From: a virus
IMG/VR virus record: IMGVR_UViG_3300045988_175656
Strand: one strand, 5' to 3'
DNA length: 64,000 bases
Part shown: positions 8,067 through 18,100 of the stretch, piece by piece
Position numbering within the stretch: position 1 is the stretch's first letter
Layout of the letters: each line of letters opens with the position of its first letter
Notes under the pieces: model-generated
Database searches by the model: none
What the model saw: only the letters and a program-made list of their open reading frames with translations
Told to the model about the DNA's origin: nothing
Made by a program: the position numbers and the translations under genes

Positions 8067-11000
8067 ATGGTATATGATAAAAGTTATTATGATATGTTAA
8101 ATTTAATAGAGTCTAAATTAGAAACTATTAAAAATCTTAATTCAGAATTAAATTTAAATAATTTAAATTCTTCAATTTCAAATGTAAGAGAAGAGATTGA
8201 AAAAATTGATAGTAAATTTAATTCATTGGTTGATTATTTTAATTCTAGATTAAATCTAAACTTAAATAGCGAAGATGTTGATACTGCTATTAGAAAAATA
8301 AAAGAATTAAAAGAGACTGAAGAAAAACAATTAAAAGCTAGTTTAGCCATTCAAAATGCTCATAATAATAACAATATTAAAGAGGAAATAGCATATCGTA
8401 AAATTTATAATGATGAAATAAAAAAAGCATTTGATTTGAGAAATGAATTAAATCAAATTGGTATTTCTGATACATTTCTGAATGATGATAAATTAATGAA
8501 TAGACTAACAAATAGTCTAGATATTGTTGATAACAAATTAAATGATATAAGACATAATATTGTTGATATTGGAAAATCTACTAAAAAACTTAATGAAGAA
8601 AATAAAGAGTGGAAAAAAAATATTGATAATATCAAGAAAGGTTATCAACAATTCGCAAGTAACTTAAAGAAATCATTTAACATTATTAAGGATTCTACCG
8701 AATTTTGGCGTAAACAAGATGAACAAATAACCAAAATGGTTGCTACTTTTGGCTTAACTAATGATGAACTTAAAAAATATCGTGATGCTTCTTATAAAGC
8801 AGGTGTTGAATTAGCTTTTCAATATGGTAAAACACAAGAAGATATGGTAAAACTTCAACAAGGTTATGCTGAAGCTACTGGAAAAAATATTGTGTTGACA
8901 AAAGATAATTATGAAGCTCAATTTCAACTACAACAATTAATGGGGGATGAAAATTCTTTAGCTTTTACAAGTGGAATTGAACAATTTGGAGTTGGAATTA
9001 ATGATGCAAGAGATAGATTGTATGAAATATACAAATTAAATAAAACAACAGGAGTTTCATGGTCAAAAACATCTAAAGAATTAAACAATAATTTAAAATT
9101 AGCTCAAAAATATAATTTTAAAGGTGGTTTAGACAATATGATGAAAATGACTGTATGGGCTAACAAGATGAAAATCAATATGCAAACTATTGGTAGCATT
9201 GCTGATAAAATATCTAATCCTGAAGGTGCTATTGAAACTGCTGCAAAATTACAAGTATTGGGTGGCGCATTTGCAACAATGGCTAATCCATTACAAATGT
9301 TATATGAATCTTTAGATGATGTTGGTGGTTTAGCTCAAAGAGTTGAAAAAATGTTTGATGGTATTGGACGTTTTGATAGAGATTTAGGTGAAGTGAGAAT
9401 AGCTGGACCTGACCGTTTACGTGTCAAAGCTGCTGCTGAAGCAATGGGAATGTCTTATGAAGAAGCTATGAACATTGTTAATAATAAAGCGAAACGTGGC
9501 GCAGTTGAACAAGATGTTAAATTTAATCCTGAAATAACAAAAGATAATCGAGACTTTTTAGCAACTTTAGCTCAATGGAATAATGACAAAAAACAATTTG
9601 AAGTTAGAACTTATGATGAAAAGAATAGACAATATATAAATCGTAATATTAATGAATTATCAAATGAAGAAATTGAAAAATTAAGACAAGAACCTGATGA
9701 TGATATAAGAAAATTAGTTGAAAATACTTTTTCTATTAATGCCAACATTGATAAATTGGTTAATGGTGCTAAGATGGCATTAGCTGCAACACAAGAAGAT
9801 AAATATGGAGATACATTAAGAAATCAGTTAAAAAATGGTAATGATATGTTATCTCAAATGGAGCATCTTGGAGAAACGTTAGACTCTTTTTATCAAGCAG
9901 CTTTAATATATTATGGAGCAAAAGGACTTGGGGGAGCATGGAAAGCTGGAAAAGGACTATTTAATATGGGAAAAATGGTTAGAAATGGGCGTTTCCCTAA
10001 TACTTTTGGTGGCAATATGACTAATAATATGATTGGAAAATGGTCAAACTTATCAAAAGCAGGAAAAATTGCTAGAGTTGGTGGAGTAGGCGGTGGACTT
10101 TTAGCAGGTGGAATTTCAGGTGGTATGAAAGCATATGACACACATAAAAGTGTTGAAGCTATGGAAAATGATAGATTACTTGCGATTAAAAATGGTGAAT
10201 TATTAGAAGGAAGTGCACAAGACAAAAAAATATTAAAAGATATTAAAAAAGCTAAAAACACTGGATATGGTGGTGCAATAGGAAAAGGAATTGGAACTGG
10301 ATTAGGAGCATGGGGTGGTATGGCAGCAGGAGCAGCTATTGGGTCAGCTTTTGGTGGAGTTGGAGCAATACCAGGGGCTTTAATTGGACTAATAATGGGT
10401 GGTTTAGGTGCTTGGGCTGGTGGAGAACTTGGGGATAAAGTAGGCACATTTGCTGGAGATACTGTTTCTGTTGATGATGGTATAGCTAATAGAAAAACTG
10501 TTGTAAAAGCAAACAAGGATGATACAGCTTTGTTTGCGAAAGATAATGGTCCATTTGATAAATTGTTTGGTAATATCATCCCCAAGATTGATAACATAGA
10601 TGATGAAATAAAGACTTCTAAAGAAACATATCAAAATAACAATGGAACTTATCATAAGATGATAAATAATCCTACCAGTGTCTCTAAAATAAGAAACAAC
10701 GCAAATTATAAGGATGATACAGCTTTGTTTGCGAAAGATAATGGTCCATTTGATAAATTGTTTGGTAATATCATCCCCAAGATTGATAATAATATGAAAG
10801 TTTCCAATGAAGTTTACTATAATAAAAAGTTCAATAATGAAAATGTTAATATTCCTAAAGTTGGTGATGTTAAAAATGAAATCATTGAACCTAAACCAAT
10901 TGGAGAAGATGTTTCTAAAATAAAAGAAGTCAATATCAAAGATAGTGTAAGACCAAAAGATGTTAAAATACCTGATATTAACATCAAGCCTATTGATATT

Positions 11001-11186
11001 AATATTAATGGCACATTAAAATTAGATATGGGAACTTCTGGTCAAATAGATATTATGAAAGAATTAAAAAATAATCCTAGCTTTATGAGAGAATTAAGTA
11101 GAATGCTTGTTGAACAAATGTCTAATTCTCTTAATGGTGGAAAACCTAAGTTAGACCAAAACAGATTTGCTAGATTCCAAAGTTAA
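8067..11186 (+). CDS. tail tape measure protein
   Basis: 1039 aa. Long coiled-coil N-terminal half, followed by a Gly-rich hydrophobic block: GGVGGGLLAGGISGG...GAWGGMAAGAAIGSAFGGVGAIPGALIGLIMGGLGAWAGG. The position after the sheath, tube and chaperone-like genes is canonical. Confidence 0.85.
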   Translation: MVYDKSYYDMLNLIESKLETIKNLNSELNLNNLNSSISNVREEIEKIDSKFNSLVDYFNSRLNLNLNSEDVDTAIRKIKELKETEEKQLKASLAIQNAHNNNNIKEEIAYRKIYNDEIKKAFDLRNELNQIGISDTFLNDDKLMNRLTNSLDIVDNKLNDIRHNIVDIGKSTKKLNEENKEWKKNIDNIKKGYQQFASNLKKSFNIIKDSTEFWRKQDEQITKMVATFGLTNDELKKYRDASYKAGVELAFQYGKTQEDMVKLQQGYAEATGKNIVLTKDNYEAQFQLQQLMGDENSLAFTSGIEQFGVGINDARDRLYEIYKLNKTTGVSWSKTSKELNNNLKLAQKYNFKGGLDNMMKMTVWANKMKINMQTIGSIADKISNPEGAIETAAKLQVLGGAFATMANPLQMLYESLDDVGGLAQRVEKMFDGIGRFDRDLGEVRIAGPDRLRVKAAAEAMGMSYEEAMNIVNNKAKRGAVEQDVKFNPEITKDNRDFLATLAQWNNDKKQFEVRTYDEKNRQYINRNINELSNEEIEKLRQEPDDDIRKLVENTFSINANIDKLVNGAKMALAATQEDKYGDTLRNQLKNGNDMLSQMEHLGETLDSFYQAALIYYGAKGLGGAWKAGKGLFNMGKMVRNGRFPNTFGGNMTNNMIGKWSNLSKAGKIARVGGVGGGLLAGGISGGMKAYDTHKSVEAMENDRLLAIKNGELLEGSAQDKKILKDIKKAKNTGYGGAIGKGIGTGLGAWGGMAAGAAIGSAFGGVGAIPGALIGLIMGGLGAWAGGELGDKVGTFAGDTVSVDDGIANRKTVVKANKDDTALFAKDNGPFDKLFGNIIPKIDNIDDEIKTSKETYQNNNGTYHKMINNPTSVSKIRNNANYKDDTALFAKDNGPFDKLFGNIIPKIDNNMKVSNEVYYNKKFNNENVNIPKVGDVKNEIIEPKPIGEDVSKIKEVNIKDSVRPKDVKIPDINIKPIDININGTLKLDMGTSGQIDIMKELKNNPSFMRELSRMLVEQMSNSLNGGKPKLDQNRFARFQS
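10515..10594 (+). repeat. 80-bp perfect direct repeat, copy 1 (inside the tape measure gene)
   Basis: AAGGATGATACAGCTTTGTTTGCGAAAGATAATGGTCCATTTGATAAATTGTTTGGTAATATCATCCCCAAGATTGATAA encodes KDDTALFAKDNGPFDKLFGNIIPKIDN. Confidence 0.95.
10710..10789 (+). repeat. 80-bp perfect direct repeat, copy 2
   Basis: Identical 80 nt, offset by 195 bp (65 codons, in frame). Confidence 0.95.
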
Positions 11187-11223
11187 TTTAGAATCATTCT
11201 AAATTAATAAAATATATTACTAA

Positions 11224-11407
11224 AAACTTGCAAGTTTAGTGAAAAAACAGTATTAATATAATTATATATTATATAATATATAAGGACCATTAGATAATAT
11301 TATATTAAGGTTAATATATAAGGACCATTATATAATATTATATTAATTTTAATATATAATAAAATATATTAATTATAAGGTCCTTATATTATTAATACTA
11401 TTTTTTC
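11224..11407. repeat. composite inverted/direct repeat element in the largest intergenic gap
   Basis: Contains a 14-bp palindrome AAACTTGCAAGTTT (11224-11237). An 18-bp inverted repeat, GAAAAAACAGTATTAATA (11241-11258) versus TATTAATACTATTTTTTC (11390-11407), matches 17/18. Between the arms lie two ~33-bp direct repeats AATATATAAGGACCATTA(G/T)ATAATATTATATTA (GGACC at 11284 and 11322) and an inverted copy ATAAGGTCCTTAT (11379-11383 core). Confidence 0.8.
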
Positions 11408-11464
11408 TTAAAAAAGCAAATTTATAATGTTAAAAACTAATAAATTTTTAAAAATAAATAAAAA

Positions 11465-14400
11465 ATGAGCAAACTATCCAACATAATAGATGATGCTACT
11501 TCAACATATAAGGACTATTCAAAAGATTTAGTTCAACAAGTTCAAAAACATTATGTTTTGTCTGAACTTCTTGGAGTGCCTATATCTGGATATAGTAGTT
11601 TTACTTTAAGAAATCAATTTTATAGAAATAGATTGATGAATCTTAATATTGAACAGCATAACAAAATATTGAATAATTTTGGAGAAGGTACTATTCCAAG
11701 TTTAGGTGATGTGTCAGATATTAACTACAATAATGATTTTGCTTCAGTAATTGGGGGGGATGAAATTGCAGGTAACAATACAACTAGACAAAGATTACAA
11801 GGAAGTTCAAATTATGACAATATAAATGATTTGTATTATAATACAACAAATTTATATTACGATGATAATAATAATGGCTCATTCTCCAATAAATTAAAAC
11901 TAACTAATCCAAATAGTATATTGAACAAAACAAAAAAATTGTTCAATATGTATAAGGTTAATACAATTATATCACGTTTTCATACTGAAAGTTCTGATAT
12001 AGACCAAAGTATTGGTTCTGCTGTTAGTGTATATGGCATGTCTCATGGTAGAAATCTATTGAAGAAAGATGCTGAAGATGCAAAAGCTGGTGTAGATTTT
12101 TATACAAATGGATATAATAACCCTTATTGCCGTGTTTGGACGCATCATCATCAATATGATGATATAAGTAAATTAATAAGACCATTTACTGATGAAAATG
12201 GTACACCAACTTCTATTGGTGATTTACAAAAAGATTGGACATTTATCAGGGGTAAAACTGGCGCAGAACGTTTAGATAAATACAGTGTATTAAACAAAAA
12301 TGGTTTTGTTAATATCACACCAAGTTATGATGCTAATGAGAATTTAAAGGTTGATACAAAACATTGTATGTTTTCAATTGAAAATTTAGCATGGAAAGGA
12401 TATGACCCATATTCGTTTGAAAAAGCATTATCATGGGAACAAAGAGGACCTATGGGTGGAAGAATAATGTGGTTTCCACCTTACGGTATTGAATTTACAG
12501 AAAATGTAAATGTAAATTGGAATAGTGATACTCTTATAGGTAGGGGTGAAAATATATACACTTATATTAATACAGAACGAAGTGGTAATTTGTCGTTCAA
12601 GATGTTGGTAGACCACCCTTCAATAATAAATTATTATGAAGGTAACAAAATTGTATATGAACAATCTGAAGAAAGCCAATATGCGTGGTCTAAAAGAACT
12701 GGAATTAATGATAGTAGCTTATATGAGTTTTATAAAGGCAAAATGCCTGAACTTAAAGCAAATGGAATACCTGGCGTAAATACAGTAAAATCATTAAATG
12801 ATTATGTTTCTGAAGCTGCATATAACGCTTTTTCAACACAAAAAAGTGTTGTGGATAGTGGGCAAAGAAGTGGTGCAAGAGATACTGATTTATTAAGATT
12901 TTTTGCTGGATGTGATACTATTGATGGTGTTGCAAAAAATTTAACAGATGAATTTAAACAAGGAGAATCAAAAGTTGAAAAAACTACTGAAACTAAAAAA
13001 GTTACCCCAGTTCCAAAACCAATTGTTGTTGAAGAAGTTCCAGAAGTAACAGGTTCAGTTGTTTTTTACGTTTTTTATCCAAATAATTATTCAGGTTCTT
13101 ATGATACACCTGATAGTAAAGTTGAAGCAATGGCATATTTGCTTAATGGGGCTGTTTGTCAGAAACATGGAAAAGAAGATATTCCAATATCATTTAGCAC
13201 ATTACGAAATATTGCTAATGGAACAAATGGTATTGGTACTGGATATGAAATGACAACAAATGAAGGTGTTTCTGATTATAAATCAACATATGATTTCAAT
13301 GAAGAAGAGATGTGGATAACAGGAACAACAGCAGCTAAAAAGATATGGAAATATCGTATTGATGGTGGATATGATGAAAAAAATGATAATGTTAGAAATT
13401 ATTATAATCAACAATTATTATTAAAAGCAAATTATTCAGATAAAAATGGTAGTGGAGAAAACAATAACACTTTAAATTCGAATTATAAGGCTGTTCAATC
13501 AGCGTTTAATGTAACAGAGATTGATTCTCTATATTCATTTGCTGAAATTGCTTATGTGTTATCTGATAGTGAAGAAGCTAAAAATATTATAGAAGGTAAA
13601 TTAATTAGAGCATTAGGAGATAGCCAATTGGTTACTGAGCGTTTAAACAAATTAAAAGAGTTGTTTGATAATTTTACTATAACAAAGGCGATGTCCTATG
13701 GACACGCAAATACTCATGGAAATAACCCTAATAATAAAACTAATATTGAAAGAAATGATAAATTAGCTGAAAATAGGGCAAAAAGTGTTGCTGATTGGTT
13801 AAATAAAACTAAATATTTTACAACAAATGCAGTTTCTTTTATAAAAGAAGATGTTGATGTTGTAACAGGACAAGATGTGTCAAGCATTGATGCTAAAAAA
13901 TGGCGTTCAGCTCGTGTCAAAATAGAATATAGAATGTCTGGTACTAAAAAATTAGCTGAAACTAATCAAACAAATATATCTGAGGATGGTGAAATTTTAG
14001 AACAAGGATTACAAGAATATGTTGGTTATAATACTAAAATTGATGAAAATGGAAAAACAATTTATGAAGATGCTAATGGGCAGATATGGGAAAAAGATTC
14101 AGATGGAAATCTTGTATTGTCAATTGTTTTAGATACTATTATACCTGCAAGTGCAACTTCAAGAAATGAAGAATTTAACAATATTAGATATGACCAAGAG
14201 TATCGTTTTTTTAAAGTATTAAAAGAAAAAAGTCCTTCAATTTTTGAACAACTAAAAGAAAAAATTAAGTATTTTGACCCTGCATTTCATAGTATGACAC
14301 CTGAAGGTTTTAATGGAAGATTAAATTTTCTACATCAATGTACTCGTCAAGGTAATACAATTGGGGCATCAGATTCAAACAATGCTAAAACTGCAACAAA

Positions 14401-14761
14401 TTTAGCATTTGGTAGACCACCAATATGTGTTCTTAGACTTGGGGATTTTTATTATACTGAAATTGTTATTACTAATATGACAATAACATATGACCCACTT
14501 CAATGGGATTTAAATAGCGAAGGTATTGGTGTACAACCATTAATTGCAAATATTAATTTAACATTTAATTTTATTGGTGGTTCAGATTTAGCAGGACCAA
14601 TTAAAAGATTGCAAAATGCAATGTCATTTAATTATTATGCTAATACTGAAGTATATGATAATAGGGCTGATAGAGTAACTTATCCTGAAAGTAAAAATGA
14701 TAGTTCAACAGGGATGGATAATGCTGTATATGATGCTTATAATACAAAAATGAGTAATTAA
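11465..14761 (+). CDS. large tail-tip/baseplate-hub-associated protein with an embedded OmpA-like peptidoglycan-binding domain
   Basis: 1098 aa, first gene after the tape measure. Nucleotides 13691-13936 encode MSYGHANTHGNNPNNKTNIERNDKLAENRAKSVADWL...AKKWRSARVKIEY. This fits the OmpA_C pattern GHTDxxG...NxxLSxxRAxxV...NRRVEI. Confidence 0.6.
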   Translation: MSKLSNIIDDATSTYKDYSKDLVQQVQKHYVLSELLGVPISGYSSFTLRNQFYRNRLMNLNIEQHNKILNNFGEGTIPSLGDVSDINYNNDFASVIGGDEIAGNNTTRQRLQGSSNYDNINDLYYNTTNLYYDDNNNGSFSNKLKLTNPNSILNKTKKLFNMYKVNTIISRFHTESSDIDQSIGSAVSVYGMSHGRNLLKKDAEDAKAGVDFYTNGYNNPYCRVWTHHHQYDDISKLIRPFTDENGTPTSIGDLQKDWTFIRGKTGAERLDKYSVLNKNGFVNITPSYDANENLKVDTKHCMFSIENLAWKGYDPYSFEKALSWEQRGPMGGRIMWFPPYGIEFTENVNVNWNSDTLIGRGENIYTYINTERSGNLSFKMLVDHPSIINYYEGNKIVYEQSEESQYAWSKRTGINDSSLYEFYKGKMPELKANGIPGVNTVKSLNDYVSEAAYNAFSTQKSVVDSGQRSGARDTDLLRFFAGCDTIDGVAKNLTDEFKQGESKVEKTTETKKVTPVPKPIVVEEVPEVTGSVVFYVFYPNNYSGSYDTPDSKVEAMAYLLNGAVCQKHGKEDIPISFSTLRNIANGTNGIGTGYEMTTNEGVSDYKSTYDFNEEEMWITGTTAAKKIWKYRIDGGYDEKNDNVRNYYNQQLLLKANYSDKNGSGENNNTLNSNYKAVQSAFNVTEIDSLYSFAEIAYVLSDSEEAKNIIEGKLIRALGDSQLVTERLNKLKELFDNFTITKAMSYGHANTHGNNPNNKTNIERNDKLAENRAKSVADWLNKTKYFTTNAVSFIKEDVDVVTGQDVSSIDAKKWRSARVKIEYRMSGTKKLAETNQTNISEDGEILEQGLQEYVGYNTKIDENGKTIYEDANGQIWEKDSDGNLVLSIVLDTIIPASATSRNEEFNNIRYDQEYRFFKVLKEKSPSIFEQLKEKIKYFDPAFHSMTPEGFNGRLNFLHQCTRQGNTIGASDSNNAKTATNLAFGRPPICVLRLGDFYYTEIVITNMTITYDPLQWDLNSEGIGVQPLIANINLTFNFIGGSDLAGPIKRLQNAMSFNYYANTEVYDNRADRVTYPESKNDSSTGMDNAVYDAYNTKMSN

Positions 14762-14762
14762 A

Positions 14763-15083
14763 ATGAATACATACGATAGATACAGTAAATTTAGAGAGAA
14801 TGGAACTATAAAAATTGTTCCATTCATTAAAATATCGCCAAAAGAAAGTGATATAATTGTAACTTATGAACGTGGGGTTACAAGATTAGATATTTTATCA
14901 TACAAATATTATTATAATCCTAATTATGGGTGGCTTATATTACAGGCAAATCCTCAATATGGTTCAATGGAATTTTCAATTCCAGATAAAGCTGAATTAA
15001 GAATACCATATCCATTAGATTTAACATTAAAACAATATAATACAGATATTGATACATATATGAAAGTCAATGGTTTAGATTAA
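14763..15083 (+). CDS. LysM-like tail protein X (P2 gpX-like)
   Basis: GVTRLDILSYKYYYNPNYGWLILQANPQYGSMEFSIPDKAELRIPYP parallels P2 gpX GDTLDAICVRYYGRTEGVVETVLAANPGLAE..LPHGTAVELP. Confidence 0.6.
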   Translation: MNTYDRYSKFRENGTIKIVPFIKISPKESDIIVTYERGVTRLDILSYKYYYNPNYGWLILQANPQYGSMEFSIPDKAELRIPYPLDLTLKQYNTDIDTYMKVNGLD

Positions 15084-15086
15084 AGA

Positions 15087-15115
15087 TTGACTTTATGTAT
15101 AAAATAAATTATTTT
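15087..15115 (+). promoter_or_regulatory. candidate sigma-70-style promoter TTGACT-N17-TATTTT
   Basis: TTGACT at 15087-15092 and TATTTT at 15110-15115, 15 nt upstream of the ATG at 15131. An identical hexamer pair and spacing occurs at 35933-35961. Confidence 0.4.
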
Positions 15116-15130
15116 TTAAATAAAAATTAG

Positions 15131-18100
15131 ATGGCAGAGAAAGACCAAGATGTATTTAAAACATCAAAAAGTCGTATAGTATATACAGAACCTAATTTTG
15201 TTAACGGGGTTACAGCAAATGGAGTTGATTTATCAGTTCCATTAGAGGATTTATGTATTAGTGTAAATCTTATTGCTGAAGTTAAACCTCGTTATGCTTC
15301 TGACTTAAATAATGGAAATAGTGAAATACAAATATTATCATGGGGAACTAATGATAGTGAAAAAGTGTCATTTTTTTCAGGAATAAAGTTAGATAGAAAT
15401 AGTGATGATAGATATTTAACATCATATTTTACTGATATTACTTATGATGATTCAAAAAATGGAAAAGTAATTGAAGGATTGGGTATTGATTCAATTGATA
15501 TTAATTTTGAATCTTGGTACACTCCAACTGTTGTTATTAAATTTGTTGATGTTAGGGGTAGTTCTATGTTAGTTCCAAATGAATATGATGATGAAAATAA
15601 AAGTTCATCATATTATACAGGTGAAAAATTATATAAATGCTTTTTCACATTTCCTTATCCAAAATTTAAACTTTTGGTAAAAGGATTTTATGGAAAACCT
15701 GTTACTTTTCAATTAACATGTTCAAAATTCACAGGTAGTTTTAATTCTCAAAATGGTAATTTTGAAGCTACTGCAACTTTTATTGGATATAATTATTCTT
15801 TGTTGACTGATATACAATTCCAGTATTTAATTGCTGCTCCTTATGATACATATTATGGTCAAAAATATTTCAATAATAATAGAAGTAGTGAAGCATGGTT
15901 ATTAAGTGATGGAAGTGAAATGCCAACACTTAGGGAATTAGTGTATAAAATAGATTCTGCTATGGGTATTATTGATAAAAAAATGTCAACAGACCCAAAT
16001 GTCATACAAAATAGAGCAATTGCTAATGAAAATGAAGCTTTACAAAACATTCAAAAAGCATATAATGACATGATGCGACAATTCCAAAATGATTATAGCA
16101 ATGTTGTTACAAGTAATGAAAAGCAGATTGTTTTTGGATTTGATTCAGGGGATGACATTAAACCAATCGAATATACTAAAGATTACATAAGATACCAAAA
16201 CATTTTTATTGATTTAATAAATGATTATAATGGAAATGAGTCTTATAAGAGTAGAATGATTGATAAGAGTAAATTGCCAAATGGAACTAATGTTAAATTA
16301 GTTGAAGGGGATAAATTTATTCCTGTTAAAACATTTACTATAACAAAAAAAAATAATCTTATTGAAAATATAGCAGTTGTTAATAATTCAGTAGGAAATA
16401 CAGTTGACAAAGCTCTTAAAAACAGAACTTTTAATGATAAGAGAACGCTAAATGATATTTTAATTAAGGATATTTCGACTAAGTGTACAAATAAATCAAC
16501 TAAAATAAAAGAATATATCTATTTGTATAACATAAATGGATTTAGTGAAGAAATAGTTACTAAATTAGTTGATTGTGATAATAGAATGGCAGCAATTCAA
16601 CGAGATGTTGATATTTTTGTTAAAAATGCTGTGAAAGAAACAGTTGGTTTTGTTCCTACAATTGGTAATATGAGTAAAATAATTTTTGCTCATTTGGAAA
16701 CTTTTTTACAATCAATGAAACATTGTGTTGATAATATCAATGGAGAAATTAAAAATGGTGGCAGAACATTATCTTCATATAAAATTGATTTAAAAGATAC
16801 TGATTTAAATTATGTAGATAACAATAACCCTATACCACCATTTCCATTATATCTTGATAGAGGTTCTAAAACACAATATTGTGGTGATAAAGATGACAAT
16901 ATGGATGTAATTGGTTGGATAGGTGATGTTAAAGGGGATTGTGAAGAAGTTTCATTAATTTATGGATATACCAAAGCAATGGAAACCATTAGTGAAATTA
17001 ATAAGAGTAATAGAAGAGAATTAGATAATCATGGGAAAGTTCAAGAATATGTTCCAATTTCTCCTATTGATTTAAATTTTGATAAAGGACCTTTCACTTA
17101 TTCAAATGTTGATGGAGAAACTTTAGAAGATTTTATTGGTCATATTGGTTTAAGAGCTACTTTATTATTTGGATATTTGTTTAATCTTAAAGATAATTCA
17201 ACATTTGATAAAAGTAAAATGAGTTTGTTTGCTGAACAAGCAGGTAAGGCAGATGCATATAATTATTATCTTCGTGGAATGACAAAAGATGAAATAAACG
17301 AAAGAATTTTATCAAAATTAGGAAAAAGTGGGGAAAGAAGTGTTGATGATATTATTGAAGTTTTGCAATGTTCAGAAAATAAATTCAGTCAATATTTTCA
17401 GGGTTCTAAATCTTCACATTATGTTTTTGAACTTATTAAAGGTGGAACACATTATGATATGTCTAGAAACTCTATGCTGTTGAAAAGTACAAATAATTCA
17501 TTAATTTATAATTATATATTTGTAAATAAAATAGATAATGACCAAAAGAATGATTTGTTTTTACTTCCAACAAGTCCGAATAATTTTACTGGGTATATTG
17601 GAGAGTATGCCAAAGAAGGGAATCCTTTTAGAATACCATCATTTAATGGAAATATAAATACTTCTTGTATAACATTAAATGACCAAGATATTGCACCAAA
17701 TTATAATGGCACTGTTGATATGGAGAAATATACAAATCCATCTGTATGCAATATTTTCACTGAAAATAATGATGTTGAAAAATTAATGAATTATTACAAT
17801 TTATTAAAAAGTGGAGAAATTAATGTAAGAGATTATAAAAAAGCGTCTGATTTAAGTTCATTAGCTGATTTACTGTGGCATGTTGATGATAAGGATATGT
17901 CCTCTTTTTATGATATAAATTGGGGTGGAAGTGGAGTAAATACAACATCATGGGGTGCTACTGTTGGTTCAATGCCATTATATAATCAAATTTTATATGA
18001 TAAATTTGATTCTGAAAAACAACTTAAAATTTTACCTTCTTCCATATCAAAAGCTATGGAAGTTAAAGATATTAAAATATGGTCATTTAAAGATTGGTAT

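Noticed and set aside
9911-10597. 228-aa minus-strand ORF, Pro/Ala-rich, plus neighbouring minus ORFs at 10404-10655 and 10817-11014.
   Set aside because: It is the mirror image of the Gly-rich (GGN codon) part of the tape measure gene. There is no start context, promoter or terminator, and the plus-strand gene is strongly supported.
10515-10789. Diversity-generating retroelement template/variable repeat pair.
   Set aside because: The two 80-bp copies are identical, with no adenine-specific mismatches. No reverse transcriptase gene is in the window.
11270-11400. Possible CRISPR-like array, suggested by the repeated ~33-bp units.
   Set aside because: There are only two direct copies plus one inverted copy. 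The units are AT-rich with a 5-6 bp 'spacer' between them, and no cas genes are present. They fit regulatory or iteron-type repeats better.
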